Assembly (NCBI RefSeq): GCF_001194135.2
Contig: NC_068981.1
Coordinates: 174,976,014 to 175,040,013, forward strand
Origin: Octopus bimaculoides
Lineage: Eukaryota
Direction of reading: 5' to 3'
DNA: 64,000 nucleotides
Under the pieces are notes generated by a model. The model saw only the letters and a program-made list of their open reading frames with translations, was not told the origin of the DNA and searched no databases. Shown one piece after another: positions 24,325 to 38,223 of this stretch. Both the position numbers and the translations under genes were made by a program. Within the stretch, counting starts at the first letter, position 1; every line of letters starts with the position of its first letter.

Positions 24325-26673
24325 GTATATGTATAAATACATATATATATGTAAATATATATATAAACATATATCTATGTATGCATGTATGTATGTATAT
24401 ACGCATGTATATATCACAGTCTTCAACCTGAATGGTTTATATGAAGGAAAATGCCAACTAGATGTTTTAAAGTGTACGAATACTCGAAATGAAATGTGGA
24501 AAGAAGACCTTTAAGAAACTGTTCTGCCGATAAGTTTTATTGCAGATACAAAACACCATATCGAAAAGGAATTGATTTGTCATATGTGAAATGACGTGGC
24601 TTTACTATTTTCTTCAACATCGATGTTTAGAAATTGATAAATATGGACAATAGTATTCAGAGATGTTGGCTGGAAAAATAATGAAAAGAACACTTGGAGG
24701 CCAAAGGAAATAAAACAAACGTTGTAGTTTTAAAATGGAGTCGTCCATGGATGAATTATATTGGGATCACTTGAGCTGCTAAACTTGGCAGCGAAATCTC
24801 TCTCCGGTCGCCTTTTAACTCTTTCATTAACCTTAATTACCAGTCTATTTTTATTGAGGAATAACATGACTGAAATCTTTTTGTGTTGAGATATGTCAAG
24901 GTTATAGAAACAGCGTGACTAGCAGAAAATACCAATTCTATTCTTTTGGTAGATAATATCATAACTTGAACATTCATGAAATTCAATTTCGGAACGAAAG
25001 GATAGAATTAGCAAGGGCTAACTTTAGACGTGCATCCCGAAGCACAAAAGAAGTGTTCGCAATGAGAATGCCTTTGGTATTAGGGCTGTTCAATTTTTGC
25101 TGAACTGGGACTAAACAGCAAAAAAAAGAAGAAGAAGAAGAAGAAGAAGAAGAAGAAGAAGAAGAAGAAGAAGAAGAAGAAGANNNNNNNNNNAGAAGAA
25201 GAAGAACAACAACAACAACAACAACAACAGCAGCAGTAGTAGCAGAAACAACAACCCGAACGACGACGACGACGACGATGACAACAACAGCAACAACAAC
25301 AACAACACTCGTGTCCTCAACACTCAATCAATTAATCCAAGTTTGGGTTAATATATTTCCATTAAAATTAAAGATGTTTCACAAATGTAAGGAATCAGTT
25401 GAAATATATTTGATGGCCAGAGGAATTGCGGTTAGACGTTTTTTTTTCCTCCTTCTATCTTACTGTGTCTATTTTATCAGTTCAAATACTCTTAGGGTCA
25501 TATTTTTACCTAACGTTGATGTATAATTAAATATGAGAAGAGCAGGTGATGTGGATTCATTAACTGTGTGTCTCAATACGAAAATTGTTGTCTCTTCGTC
25601 TAATTAACGAATAAAACGAATATGGCGCTTTAACAGGAAAGAATTTAGATGCGGTGATCTGAATTCATGCCGTAAAAAGGTAAAAGCGACACAAAATAGG
25701 CAAGATACACAACATTTTAAGTTTTCAAGATTTCTATCATTTGCAGTGGACAAAACAAATCATGAGGCAATACATTTCCGAACCAGATTCTTTATCTTGC
25801 TTTACAGTCCCGAAAAAAAAAGGTCCCTCAGATCCAAAAGCAATGAAATGGCAATTAGTTATATACCATGTTTAATTCAATCTAAAATATCACTTCTTTT
25901 CAAGATTGTTCTTATGTGCCTAGTCAATAAATTCCTTATCAGCTATCGTACTTCATTTATCACCAACGCTTTCCGGATGTGGCTAAGCGGCATTTATTTT
26001 CTCTTTCTTAATATGCATAGCACATTGTGCTTCCATCATATGCCACTCAGGAACAGTAATAGTGTACATCTATCAGCACATATGACAGGAGGATTTTTAA
26101 ACAGCCAGAAAATTACATAACAAACACAACATATTTTATAAGTGGTAGCACAAATATTTTCCATCCATATTTCCTTTATACTGAGCAGTGCAATTGTGAA
26201 AACCTAGATATCATATATGCATGTATGATAAGAATTATAAGCACATGTTGTACGAGTCATAAAAGATATTTGATATTTGAGTCGCTAAGATAACATCTCT
26301 ATTCTAAAATACTCATCAGTTTGACGAAGGTTCATGCAATATGGTGATTAATAACGGCTTTCTATCTAATAAACATGACAACTTGATGCACATGAATCAC
26401 AACAGAAGACATGTCGAGTTAGATACATTCTTACGTAAGTTATATATAAAATATCTGAGGTTCGTGGAGAATAGTGACGGAATAAAAAGACACAAATCAT
26501 CTTTCCAATTTGAGGAAAAACAGGTTATGCTTACTACCAGCACATTACTCAATGGCTTATTCACAATACCAAGGAAAATTGTTTTTATGAGGGATGCGCG
26601 TCCAAAAAGCATGCACACTCATATAAACACCTACCTCACAGAAATACACGCACGCACACACACACACACACAT

Positions 26674-26710
<37 letters not shown>

Positions 26711-29700
26711 CATATATGTATACATTTATACACACACACACATATATATATATACACACATGTATGTATGTATATATACAATAAATATTATATGCATGCA
26801 TATATGCAATATATATGTATATATAATATAATATATATGTATAAATAGTGTGTGTGTGTGCGTGTGTGTGTGATTGTGTTAAAGTTTCAAACTAGAAAAA
26901 TATATTTCTTTAGAAAGATCTGTTACTTCTTCACCTGACGAGTTGTCGGAGTAATGAATATTTCCGAAAATATGGAGTTCCAGAGAAGTTCGTAGGTAAC
27001 TTAAAACGACGTAGACTGTGGGGTTTGGTATTCTTTATTTTTGATTATTGATTGGAATAACGTAAATTATGATGTGTTAGAAGTGTGTTTCAAAGACAAT
27101 TAAAAATACAAGTATATTTGAAACACTTTTAGAAAGCACAGAATTGTTGACTAGAATATTTAGATCTTGGAAATTTGAATTTAGCGACTTAAAAAATGCA
27201 TCTCGCTCTCGTATTTATAATGAAATTTAGTTTTAAAAGCTATTGTTTATTTGCTTGTTGTTAACTGTACAATGATATATGCTGTAAATAATTAAATTTT
27301 ATAATGAGATTAAAATTATGACAAGAAAGACAGTATGATACAGAAAGTCAATATTGTATAAAATATCGAATCAGATGACATAAGAGAGTGAGAGAATATG
27401 ATAATAAAAATCAATATCTTATCTAAGAGGGCAACTATAAGAGACTTAATAAAGCAGTTAATGAAATATGAGAAACTGGAACGAGTGCATGAGTTTTAAG
27501 TATAATATATAAATCAAATTAAAAGTAAATTTCATTAAAATTATTTAACTATAGTGTTGATTGATAAATTAGTGACGTTTATATTACTCTTAGAACTTTT
27601 CAGTTAATATATGACTAGATAGATGATTAAGATTTTAGCTTGTGGATAAAAGAAATTTTGTTTGAATACTTCAATATTATAATTTAAGTTGGTGAGGAAC
27701 TAGGCAGTTAAGTACAATTTTAATGTCAGTTATATGAAAATTAACCTATACCATGTATTTAGGAAACTGGATAATTATTGGAAATATGTTGCTAAACATT
27801 GAAGACTAATTTCTTTTAGCAAATGAATATTAAAGCTTCATATTCTAATCACGTTATATGTCTAATGAACTTCATTTATTATGAGAAGTATATCCGCTAT
27901 ATATTTTTAATAATTTTAGGATATTTTTAATGCATATGTGCTAATGACAGTTAAGATGTAAAACTATAATAATTATTTAGACAGTTTACTTATAGGTATG
28001 CGCTCACAAAATATAAACAAAAATATAGACAAACTTAAGTTATAACTGAGATTTGAAGGCAAGAAGGCATGGCTCTGTGGAATGTAGTTTTAAAGGGGAT
28101 ATACACGTGTAAGTTCAAAACGTAAAATTGTTATCATATGACTTTACATCGATGTTAGATTTGACAAGTGAAAAGAGCTAAGAAAATATGGTGTACAGAT
28201 AGAATAAATTAAAAGCTCTTATGGGAGGGTTGTATTAAGACGTATAATGATAAAATAAATTTCATATCGTAGAATAAAACACCCAAAATGACCATTCAAC
28301 TCCTGTATAGGTGTTGTGCTGAGGTTTAATATTACATTTTCTAGTAAGAGATGAAATGCTACGGAAAGAAGTATAGAAAAATACTTAACATGTTTTTCAC
28401 TATTTTTGAAAGGGAAAATTTTCAAATCTTTCTGGATTTCTTTTAATAAACATTCGAATGTTTATTATCTTGTATTAAGAGTTTTCTCAACTAGCATGAA
28501 CTCTATTGAAACAAAAAATAAACTTATTTAGAAGAAGCATATAATTTTCTCTTCAGATTACTACAAGTACGTCTTGTGCAAAATATAGGCCATTTTAATC
28601 GGATATTAAGAGCTAAATCTTTCTTCAACGATAAATAGAAATTAGCAAAGACATTAATTTTTCATGTAATTTTAATGTGTTCGCTTCTAATTAAGCATCA
28701 CCACCAATTTGAAGATGGAATATTTCTGCCAATTAATAATATAAAATTCAAAATATATATAAATAGATTTCAGTGTGAGTTAAAAACGAAAAACAAACAA
28801 AGAATTGAAGTGCATACATTGAGGCTAACTGGAATAATTTGAATGAATGCAATATCAAGTATAGTCATAAATATTGTTACAAATTTACTCCTTTAATTTT
28901 TTCATAGGTTTTGGCACCTAAAATAACGATAGACACTAACAGCATAGATATACCTTATATTCGCTTCGCTGGTAGCCTCTTCAAATTTAGACATTATAAC
29001 TATTCTTACAATTTCAGCAATCAGAATGAGATCAACAGTGTATTGGGAAACATTCCACCTAAGAAACGTTTCCCAAATGTTTCCTTCATATCATGAAATG
29101 ATATGTTTATAATTAATACAAATTAATAATTATTATTGGCTTTCAGTTTTTCTTTAACAGGCTAATTAGACTTTATCATAATTGTAAAACGCACAATATA
29201 CATTAACAACATACATACTTCTAATATTAAGTATGACTTTTTAAAACACATAATGCGATTACAATTTGAAATTTTAGATATATTTCTCTATTTGAAATCA
29301 ACGTTTAGTCGTCTTCTTTTTCTTTAATTAAGCAATTTACGAAACACGTACCATTTGATTATAAGTTAGCAATTTTCATAATATTCATATTACTCATAAG
29401 GGTAATTTACCATCCTTTCTAACATTGAATTTATTTCTCTGAAGCCTTTATAGAAACCTGAATACTAACTACACATTGAAATACTAATCTTTAATCCACC
29501 TGTATATCATTTGACAATTTTGTTATAGTTCTTAGAAAATATAAATTTCACTAATAGTTTAAAATTGGTTTAAAATTTCTAATGAAATATCTTTCAATGA
29601 AACGTTTCAAATAACAATTAACTCGTTCTTAGAAATCCTGCTACAAAATAGACCACCTGTGATTAGAATTCAAAAGAAATTTATTGAATTGATGTTGAGT

Positions 29701-29829
29701 GAGATTAATGATATTGTTAGTACTAAAAAATGGGCAAAACTATAAAAGTATTCTATAGTGTTCATAATATAGAAAAAATATTGGTGGAGTGTTGTAGTCA
29801 AAACCTCTATAAAATACGAAGAAAACTGA

Positions 29830-29958
29830 CCAGACATAAAGACGTGGGAATTAGAAAAGAAGGTCTTCATAGTAGCAGATATCAGTTGTCCAGAAGACAT
29901 TAGCATGATGAATATTAACAGGAACAAAGAAAGGGCCTACATCTATCCCAAACTAGAA
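29830..29958 (+). pseudogene. RLE endonuclease remnant
   Basis: PDIKTWELEKKVFIVADISCPED matches the PD..D motif of RLE-type LINEs. Confidence 0.55.
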
Positions 29959-30929
29959 ACCCCTTCCGCAATACGTGTTTAGATTTCTTTCTCTAATTAT
30001 TGGGATATCTATCTAATTAAATCATTGTTTAACCACTACTCATAAGAAACTGAGTTTCACAAAGAAAAGTTCTAGTTAATTAAAATGTGACGACTATAAC
30101 ATATTAAGTAATTTATGAAAATACGTAAAATATTCCATGTTTTATCTGTTGGTAAATACATATACACGTGTGTCAGCACACAAGAATACAAATCCACTCA
30201 TGAAATTACATGCTTGCACGCATATAATTTGCAACGATATACGTGACTACATAACTGTCCAGTTTTAGCTGTCTATAATTTTGCTTTCATAATTTTAGCT
30301 ATAATTTTTCGTTCATGACTTCTTTATCGGAAGACTTAATTATGGAAACTAAGTATCTTGGTACCAATCTTAACAGGCAGAGTTTCACAAAACCAAAAAG
30401 GACATGGTTAATTACACAATAATAATTATAAGTGACGTCATTAATTGAACATTAAATGTATTTGAAATATTCTCGAGGTTGAGCCTATTGAGTACATATA
30501 CACGTAAACGTATGAATGTTTACACATACATAAGTCAATACACAGATCAACACATTTAATATGCATTCATGGAAGCACACGTCTACAAATACATCCATCA
30601 ATGCTTACATAACCACACACACAAACGTACATACATATATACATACAGACAGACAAACTACAAACATAATCATTAAGTACAAATTGCTTTAGGAAAAGAT
30701 TTCCCATTCATTACATCGAAACATTTCTGAGAATTTCCCAAGAATATTAACTTTCAACATTCTCATATGCGACAGTTCTGTGGATTGAATGACCCAATAC
30801 TAGGATTGTTAACGACCACTTTAGTTGCTAAGTGTTTCTGTTAAATTTACTTCTCTTTATATATCTTTGTCTCTCACTTTCCCTTTCTTTGTTGGTTGTC
30901 CTCCTCCTCTCCCTCTCTGTCTGTCTGCA

Positions 30930-30965
<36 letters not shown>

Positions 30966-31512
30966 CTGCATTTCAGAATACTTTCATCATTATTCATGAA
31001 TTTCTTTCTCTCAACTCATACTTTCTTTTCCCCATTATTTTTTTTTCTGTTTCCTCCAATTCTCTCACTTTATTATCTACTCCAGCCTTTTAACTTTCAC
31101 TCCATTTCTCCTAATTATTTCGACTAGGTCTTTCAAACACTCTCTATGTATTTGGTACTTACTATATACGCTTCACTTGTGCATTAGATCTGTATGTTTA
31201 TCTGTCAGCCTATTCAATAATTTTGCTTATTTTACTTCCTATGTTTGTGTGCGTGCATAAAGCATGTGCATGGACAGTGTTGACAAGAGGCTCACTGCCA
31301 GTGCGAACAACATTAAAAATAAGCTATTACTCTGGAATATGCCTATTTATTATTTAATTCTGTTTGTAATAACTGGTGTTGTTTTAGTAGTTGTCAGTGA
31401 TAACTGTGAGGACTTTCAGTAACATTCACCATCGTAGCTCCAAGATCACTGCCAAACAAATTGTGTGATAATTGATGAACAAGAGGGAGGTAAAAAAAAA
31501 AAAACAGCCTGG

Positions 31513-31653
31513 CACTGTGCTGAACAGCTCTCCAACAAGGCTGTCCTTAAAGAAACCAAGCAACATCACCGTAATCTCTAAACAATAAGGCTAGACTACA
31601 AGAAGACGTTCGACACTGTCCCCCATTTATGGATGATAGAATCACTACACCTG
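31513..31653 (+). pseudogene. Reverse transcriptase remnant of RLE-type LINE
   Basis: HCAEQLSNKAVLKETKQHHRNL*TIRLDYKKTFDTVPHLWMIESL (RT DYKKAFDSVPH motif). Confidence 0.75.
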
Positions 31654-31750
31654 CGCTCTGCACGCCAATTTCAAAACTTACTATGGCTAGCTTTTGCCTT
31701 TCATCTTTTCCAGTTAAATAAATAAAATATTTGTCAGTTATTGGATTCTA

Positions 31751-31803
<53 letters not shown>

Positions 31804-32790
31804 CTGGCTCTGTCGGAATGAAATACTTCGTGATGTAGGAAGAGCTGTGCGAGAATTCTCAATAACGTCTCTTTACCCAGATAGGAATATACACGATGGA
31901 GGAAATAGGTACTTCGTATCTTGGAAGAAATTGATCTGTCTTAGGACAGACCAATGTTAATACAGCATGGAACGGGAAAAAAATAAGACATGTTATCAGG
32001 CCGCTAGACTTAGTCATTTATTACAGTTTACCAAATCAAATCCTACACTTTAATTTACGGTGTATATATGAAATGAAAGTAATCGTCCAAGTTCTAATGC
32101 CTTTGATTATCGTATGAACCTTAATAACAACAATAAATACAACATACACCTTTAATGCAGCATACACTAATAATTAAATGAAATCCCGATAACTCTATTT
32201 TGCTATTTTATAAGTGGGTGTTATTCATTAGACGATAAAGCTTTCCAAATCCTATTGTCAGTTTCGTCAACACACTTATGCGACATAGGATTTTCGACTA
32301 TGAACGACACAGAAGAGAAATTGTGTTTGATATTGAATTCAGCTGTCAGTTTTATCGACTGAAGTTCGTATCAAAGAAATTTAGGACTAAAAAACACATT
32401 ATTTGTTTCTTAACTGCAATAGAAATTTTTAAAGTATTTTGAATATCAATTTTTAGTTATTACTTGAAATATCAAAAAAAAAAAAAAAAAGCAGAAGAGA
32501 AAGGGTTGTTTAATTGTTATTTCCTCCAATATCCGACATTACACAATACACAGTTAAAACTTTTATAACTTACTTTGTTATACATATGTATTTATATTAG
32601 TAATAGTTGAATGAATTAAATATAAATTAAAGCTTCTCCCCTTGATTTTCTTTGGTGAAGTCTTTTCATATATTGAAAACAAGTATGAGTAACTAAATAC
32701 GTTTGAATATTTATGCGAGAATTTGAGTAGCATCACTTTGAGTAGCATACAGGTTATATGCATGTGTGTATGCAAGTGCACGTGCAAATA

Positions 32791-32996
32791 CGAGGTGCTG
32801 AGAGGTTCCTGGCTTTAGCGTATCACGAAAGGTCTGGTTAGAGGCCCAAATTTTGAGTTCTTTGACGGGGCTTAGAAAGACTGAAGGAAACGCTGCAATA
32901 AGTATATGAATCAGAGAGGGGAATATGTTGGATAAAATCATAATTAACTCCTGTATTTTCCTTTATCCAAAGACGGAAAATTTTGAGTTTCCCCTC

Positions 32997-32997
<1 letters not shown>
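32791..32997 (+). mobile_element. Mariner-derived MITE
   Basis: TA-CGAGG...CCTCG ends with imperfect TIRs; retains the transposase C-terminus GLERLKE/RCNKYMNQRGEYVG*. Confidence 0.75.
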
Positions 32998-33044
<47 letters not shown>

Positions 33045-33239
33045 GTGTGTGTGTGTGTGTGTGTGTGTATACTGTATATATGCATATATAAATATTTTTT
33101 CCTAATTATGATATTTAAAAAGAATATAATTTTTTTTTTACAATGTTGAAGTCTGTTTAACATTAAAAAAATATGTTATAATGTTCATTAAGTTCAACTA
33201 GCGCTTTCATACGTTCGGGGTAATCATCAGATTTCAAAA

Positions 33240-33780
33240 TGTATATAACTGACATTTGAGTTCTTGACAATTGTAGTAAAATGGCCAAATCCTTAGAAAA
33301 TCTGGAATAATTCAGCACTCTCCTCAAAAATCTACACCCTAATCTTAAATTCACATGAGAGAAATGAGCAAATGGTAATTAAAAACAGCACCACAATCAC
33401 AACTGATATTTATTACAAAAGCACAGATGCACACCACTAACTTAATTTCAAATCATGCCACCCAACACACGCAAAACGCAACATCCCATACTATCTACAC
33501 CTTAGCAAAATAACCCTCTCCTACTTCTACAAAATAGCATACAGCGACCAAAAGAGATACCTATAGAGACGTGAAATGCATTACTGGAACACTCACAAGT
33601 CCACAGGAAACAAATCCGGAGCACTACTGTTCGCCAAATTCCATTGAGCGAACATATAGAAACATGTGATCAGAAATTGTTTCTAATTGTTCCTTTCCAC
33701 AAACTACATGACACAAGTGAGGTTGAGAGAAACATAAAAGAAAAACGTTTTATTAAAATGTTCAAACCTGTTCTGAACGG
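33240..33780 (+). pseudogene. Degraded, internally deleted Penelope-like element ORF (RT + GIY-YIG end)
   Basis: LKNLHPNLKFT, TDIYYKSTDAHH*LNFKSCHP..KRNIPY, then RQIPLSEHIETC..FLIVPFHKL..ERNIKEKRFIKMFKPVLN. Confidence 0.8.
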
Positions 33781-34048
33781 AAATAACAACAATAATATAA
33801 CAACCAGTAAATGATGTGGATTAAAAAATATCTTTAACATATGGATATAAACAAATTACAGAAGACTGCCACCAATTGAAATAAAAACGATCAAAAACAA
33901 CTAAGTTTGTTCACTTATAAAACCATTACGTGTAAACCGCGAGCTAATTGGTTAAAAAAATGGCAGGACATATGCCAGTAATATCGGTACGCCCGGCAAA
34001 TGCCATAATAAAAAACGTGAAAATCAGACCATGTTATATATATATATA

Positions 34049-34274
34049 TGTTGTTGTACTTGGGGATGGTCATATTGCCAGTTTTGCCAATAAAAAAAAC
34101 ACACGCACTGTATATTTGGTGTTAATTTGCTTCAGCTTTATATTACATTAATCTTAATCTAAATAAGATTAAGATTAATGTAATATAAAGCTGAAGCAAA
34201 TTAACACCAAATATACAGTGCGTGTGTTTTTATTGGCTAAACTGGCAATATGACCATCCCCAAGTACAACAACA
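34049..34274. mobile_element. Family H1 hairpin lacking the hammerhead-containing centre
   Basis: arms 34049-34160 and 34161-34274 are near-perfect inverted copies and match the outer part of 13760-13882. Confidence 0.8.
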
Positions 34275-34623
34275 TCTGTTTCAACACACGATTTCACATC
34301 AAAAATCTTGCAAAACAAATATGTATATATATATATANNNNNNNNNNNNNNNNNNNNNNNNNNNNNNNNNNNNNNNNNNNNNNNNNNNNNNNNNNNNNNN
34401 NNNNNNNNNNNNNNNNNNNNNNNNNNNNNNNNNNNNNNNNNNNNNNNNNNNNNNNNNNNNNNNNNNNNNNNNNNNNNNNNNNNNNNNNNNNNNNNNNNNN
34501 NNNNNNNNNNNNNNNNNNNNNNNNNNNNNNNNNNNNNNNNNNNNNNNNNNNNNNNNNNNNNNNNNNNNNNNNNNNNNNNNNNNNNNNNNNNNNNNNNNNN
34601 NNNNNNNNNNNNNNNNNNNNNNN

Positions 34624-34660
<37 letters not shown>

Positions 34661-34704
34661 ATATATATATTTCTATATATATATATCCATATATGTAATT
34701 ATAG

Positions 34705-34935
34705 TAGTTAGGTTACTGCACTCACGATCGCTAAATCGTGGGTTCGATACCCTAACTGGGTGGTGCGTTGCATTCTTGAGCAAAACACTTCATTTCACAT
34801 TGCTCCAGTTCCCCTTCGATCAGAGTGGAATGTTGGCCTGCTCGACTAGCCACCGTGATAACGTTATTTGAGGGCTGAAACAATATAAAAGTGCATTGTG
34901 ATCAGCGATGTATAACATCACACAGCCTGGTCTGT
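34705..34935 (+). mobile_element. SINE family C variant
   Basis: GGGTTCGATACC B box and TTCTTGAGCAAAACACTTCATTTCAC CORE-like block; different tail. Confidence 0.7.
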
Positions 34936-35743
34936 CACGTGATCAATTTATGATATACACAGACACAAACGCGGGAGCGATCGCGCACAGACACATATAT
35001 GTATATACGTGAATGTGTGACTCGTGTCCTTAGGTGTGTAATGTCGGTATGTATGTATGTATACATCTTACTACCTAATTCCTCTCTATCCCCTTCTCGT
35101 CTTATTTATCAATGCATCTCGGTACCGGGGAAGAGACTAACATCAATACCATGTGAATGAATAAACTCGACAACACATATTGAATGGTCTTTCAACCTCG
35201 TTTATATATATGTGTGTGTGTGTGTGTTTGTGCCTATAATCATTTAACTTATGTTTATATCAAAAGTCTTCCGAAACATGGAATTTGATATCACACATAC
35301 ATACAAAAAAAAAAAGAAGAAAAAAGCCTTACGGAAAAAGGGATTGAAAGATTGTCCCTATTTGACGCATGATTCATTTGTTTGTGGTGATTTTGTAGAG
35401 CGTGTAGGAGGAGGAATACGCGTGAGAAATAAACAGAAGATAAGAAAAAACACATATGAGCTATTGTTGATGGACATAATACAGAAATAAGTTCTTTAAA
35501 CAGATTTCCGTACATGTGTAATGTAGGCCGTTTCCCTCGTTGACTAGGATCAATATATACATGTCTCGTGGTTTAATCAATGAAGTCAAATAGAACATTT
35601 AATCCCATTTCTCTGTTTAAATAAATTATCTAATGGATTGGGTAGAAGAAGCCTGACTATGTATGTATGTATGTATGTATGTATGAGTGTATGTATGTAT
35701 GTATGCATGTAAGTATGTATGTACGTGTCTATATATATGTATA

Positions 35744-35903
35744 TGTTGTGTCGACGCCCCCAGGCGAAGAAGTAGGATCTCTCAAGACATAGAAATAGAG
35801 GTAGTCTGGCCGTGGTAGGAGTGCTGAGTAGTAGTCGAGTAGCAGTTGTGTAGCGGTTGAGTAGAGATCATCCGAAGGTGCTAGATAACAGTAGCTTGAG
35901 ACA
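35744..35903. mobile_element. ~160 bp interspersed repeat, solo-LTR-like, copy 2
   Basis: TGTTGTGTCG...GAGACA (TGT...ACA ends); matches 4684..4854; no TSD seen. Confidence 0.5.
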
Positions 35904-36394
35904 TTTTGCCAAGTAAGTTATATATATATATATATAATTCTTTTACTCTTTTATGCATTTCAGCCCGAAGCCTGTACCGACACTGTAGTATCTCCTGTGT
36001 AAGCACCTTTTCAATGGCCATTCCTAAGTAGATGGCCTTTGGTAAAGAAGGAGTTTGACACTTCTGCCCTCTTAGTGTTGCTGTTGACGCCGCTGCTGCT
36101 GCTATCGTTTGTTCTTGTCGACGTTGTTACTATATCACTAGCCCTACCGGGGAAAATCTCCGTTTTTCTGAAAATTGTGAGATCGTTGGTTTGTTATGGA
36201 GGACTATAAAATATATAATTTCTTTTCAAATTATATTATTTCTGGTGGTATGTTGATTTTTCAATAGTATAAATCCCACATATGTATTATTGAATGTGAA
36301 CCCGAGAAAAGAACATGCTTCAAAACTATATTCTATGCGAATCAATTCTGTCTTCTTCCACTTTATGAGTTATCTATTATTTTCGTCTTTACAG

Positions 36395-36580
36395 GGCAGT
36401 GAGCTGACAGAATCGTTCGCAAGCCGGGCAAAATGCTTAGCTATATTTCGTCCGTTTTCACTTATGATTTAAATTCCGCCTCAGTCGACTCTGCCTTTCT
36501 TCTGTCGAGGTCGATAAACTAAGTACAAGTCAAGCACTGGGACACCCTGCCATAAAATTTCAGGCCGTTTGCCTATAGTA
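36395..36580 (+). mobile_element. SINE family A
   Basis: GGCAGTGAGCTGACAGAATCGTT head and body motifs. Confidence 0.8.
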
Positions 36581-36651
36581 CTAATGGTTACTTTATAGTA
36601 GTAATGGTTACTTTATAGTACTAATGGTTACTTTATAGTACTGATGGTTAC
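36574..36651. repeat. 20-bp tandem repeat x~4 (TATAGTACTAATGGTTACTT)
   Basis: direct reading; starts at the SINE 3' end. Confidence 0.9.
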
Positions 36652-36974
36652 AGAATTATGGAGATTTTTATAGGATGTGACTACTTAAACCTCTTAAATT
36701 CTGAACAGGTTCTACAGCATCCTTCTTTTGACGAATATAAACAATGTATGGCTGAATGGTTAAGAAGTTAATTTTGTATTCATGACGTTTCGGGTTCGGA
36801 CCTCCAAGATGCAAATTTAAGATAATATTTCTTATTATAGCTTCCGGTTGCCCAATGGTTATGAGTGGAAATTGGTAGGTTGAAATTGCACCATTGCTCG
36901 AATTACCTGTCACCGTGGTTTTGTGACACGAAGCTATGCAAGCTTTGATGTCCACTCAAAAGAAAAAAAACATA

Positions 36975-37392
36975 GTATTTCCTTTATTTCTTATACTTGT
37001 TTTAGTCATTTGACTGCAGCCATGCTGGAGCACCGCCTTTAGTCGAACAAATCTTCCCCAGGCCATATTTTTTGTAAGCCTAGTACTTTTTCTATCAGTC
37101 TCATTTGCAGAAACGCTAATTTACGGGGACGAAAACACGCCAACATCAGTTGTCAAGCGATGGTGGGAGAACAAACACAGACACACAAATACACACACAC
37201 ACACACATATATATATATAGATATATATATACCCTTAAGGCTTCTTTCAGTTTCCGTCTACCAAATCCACTCACGAGGCGTTGCTCTACCCGCGGCTATA
37301 GTAGAAGACACCTGCCCAAGGGGCCACGCAGTGCTACTGAACCCAGAACCATGTGATTATGAATAAAGCTTCTAACCACACAGCCACACACC
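36975..37392 (-). mobile_element. Full-length SINE family B
   Basis: reverse complement of 39972..40312 including the internal (TA)/(TG) tract. Confidence 0.85.
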
Positions 37393-38022
37393 GCTTAAAA
37401 GCTGCTCGTATTGATTGGGTCACGTAACCTAGCAGTTCAACAAATAATGATAATATCATAACAAGAGAGGTAAAAATAAGAACAGGAATCGAAATGGTTC
37501 GACTAAAGCCTTGAAGGCGGTCCCCAGCATAGTTATTTTAATACATTCATTCATCACTGAACCGTCTTGCGAATACTATAAATAATATAAACGATATAGT
37601 TACAATAGATTATACCTTCGATTTTCTTCCATAGTTTATCAGTCTATTGTTTTACGAATATTATAAATGCTCTGTCCATAACAGATTATAACATCGATTT
37701 TGTTCCATAGTTATAGAGTTACATACATAGTGCTAGCGGAATAATATAGATTGGGATCAATTGTTTTTTCTTCTAGATTTGATAAACAGCATAAAGTACT
37801 ACTCAAGAACTGTGATCAATAGTATCGACTTCACCCGTCCCAAACAATTTGTGATGTTGTAACTATGTTAGAAACCAATATTAATTAGTATGATGAATTA
37901 GCAGAATCGGTCGAGCGCAAAACAAGTCAGTAGTTTTTATTGTTGTATAGTTTGGTGTATATTTTGTATGTGCAGTGTTTTGAATAGTTTTTTTTTTCTC
38001 GAATATAATGATAGCTCTCTAC

Positions 38023-38223
38023 TTAATGCGCAATGCCCAGTAGCGTCAGTTTCTGCTTTGTGTATGTGTATAAGACCTGAGAAATATATTTACATCTGTC
38101 TTTTTCTTTCATTTTTAAGAAACCTATTATGAAGATTGTTTTTGTTTTCAATCTGCCCGTTCTTGGTACCACTATTTTCAGGTCTTTATATTTATATAGA
38201 TATTCCATTTCTTTTAGATTCAT
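38023..38223 (-). pseudogene. Old RLE-type LINE C-terminal remnant
   Basis: KEMEYLYKYKDLKI..KTKTIFIIG..QKLTLLGIAH aligns with the 2..190 peptide. Confidence 0.65.

Noticed and set aside
26930-26985. CTGACGA...CGAAA hammerhead-like spacing
   Set aside because: Stem II and stem I cannot form next to the core
31790-31960. ~55-codon open frame after (CT)n (WLCRNEILRDVGRAVREF..)
   Set aside because: Weak splice signals, no recognisable homology; length compatible with chance
36574-36651. CRISPR-like array
   Set aside because: Head-to-tail repeats without spacers, eukaryotic context, no cas genes
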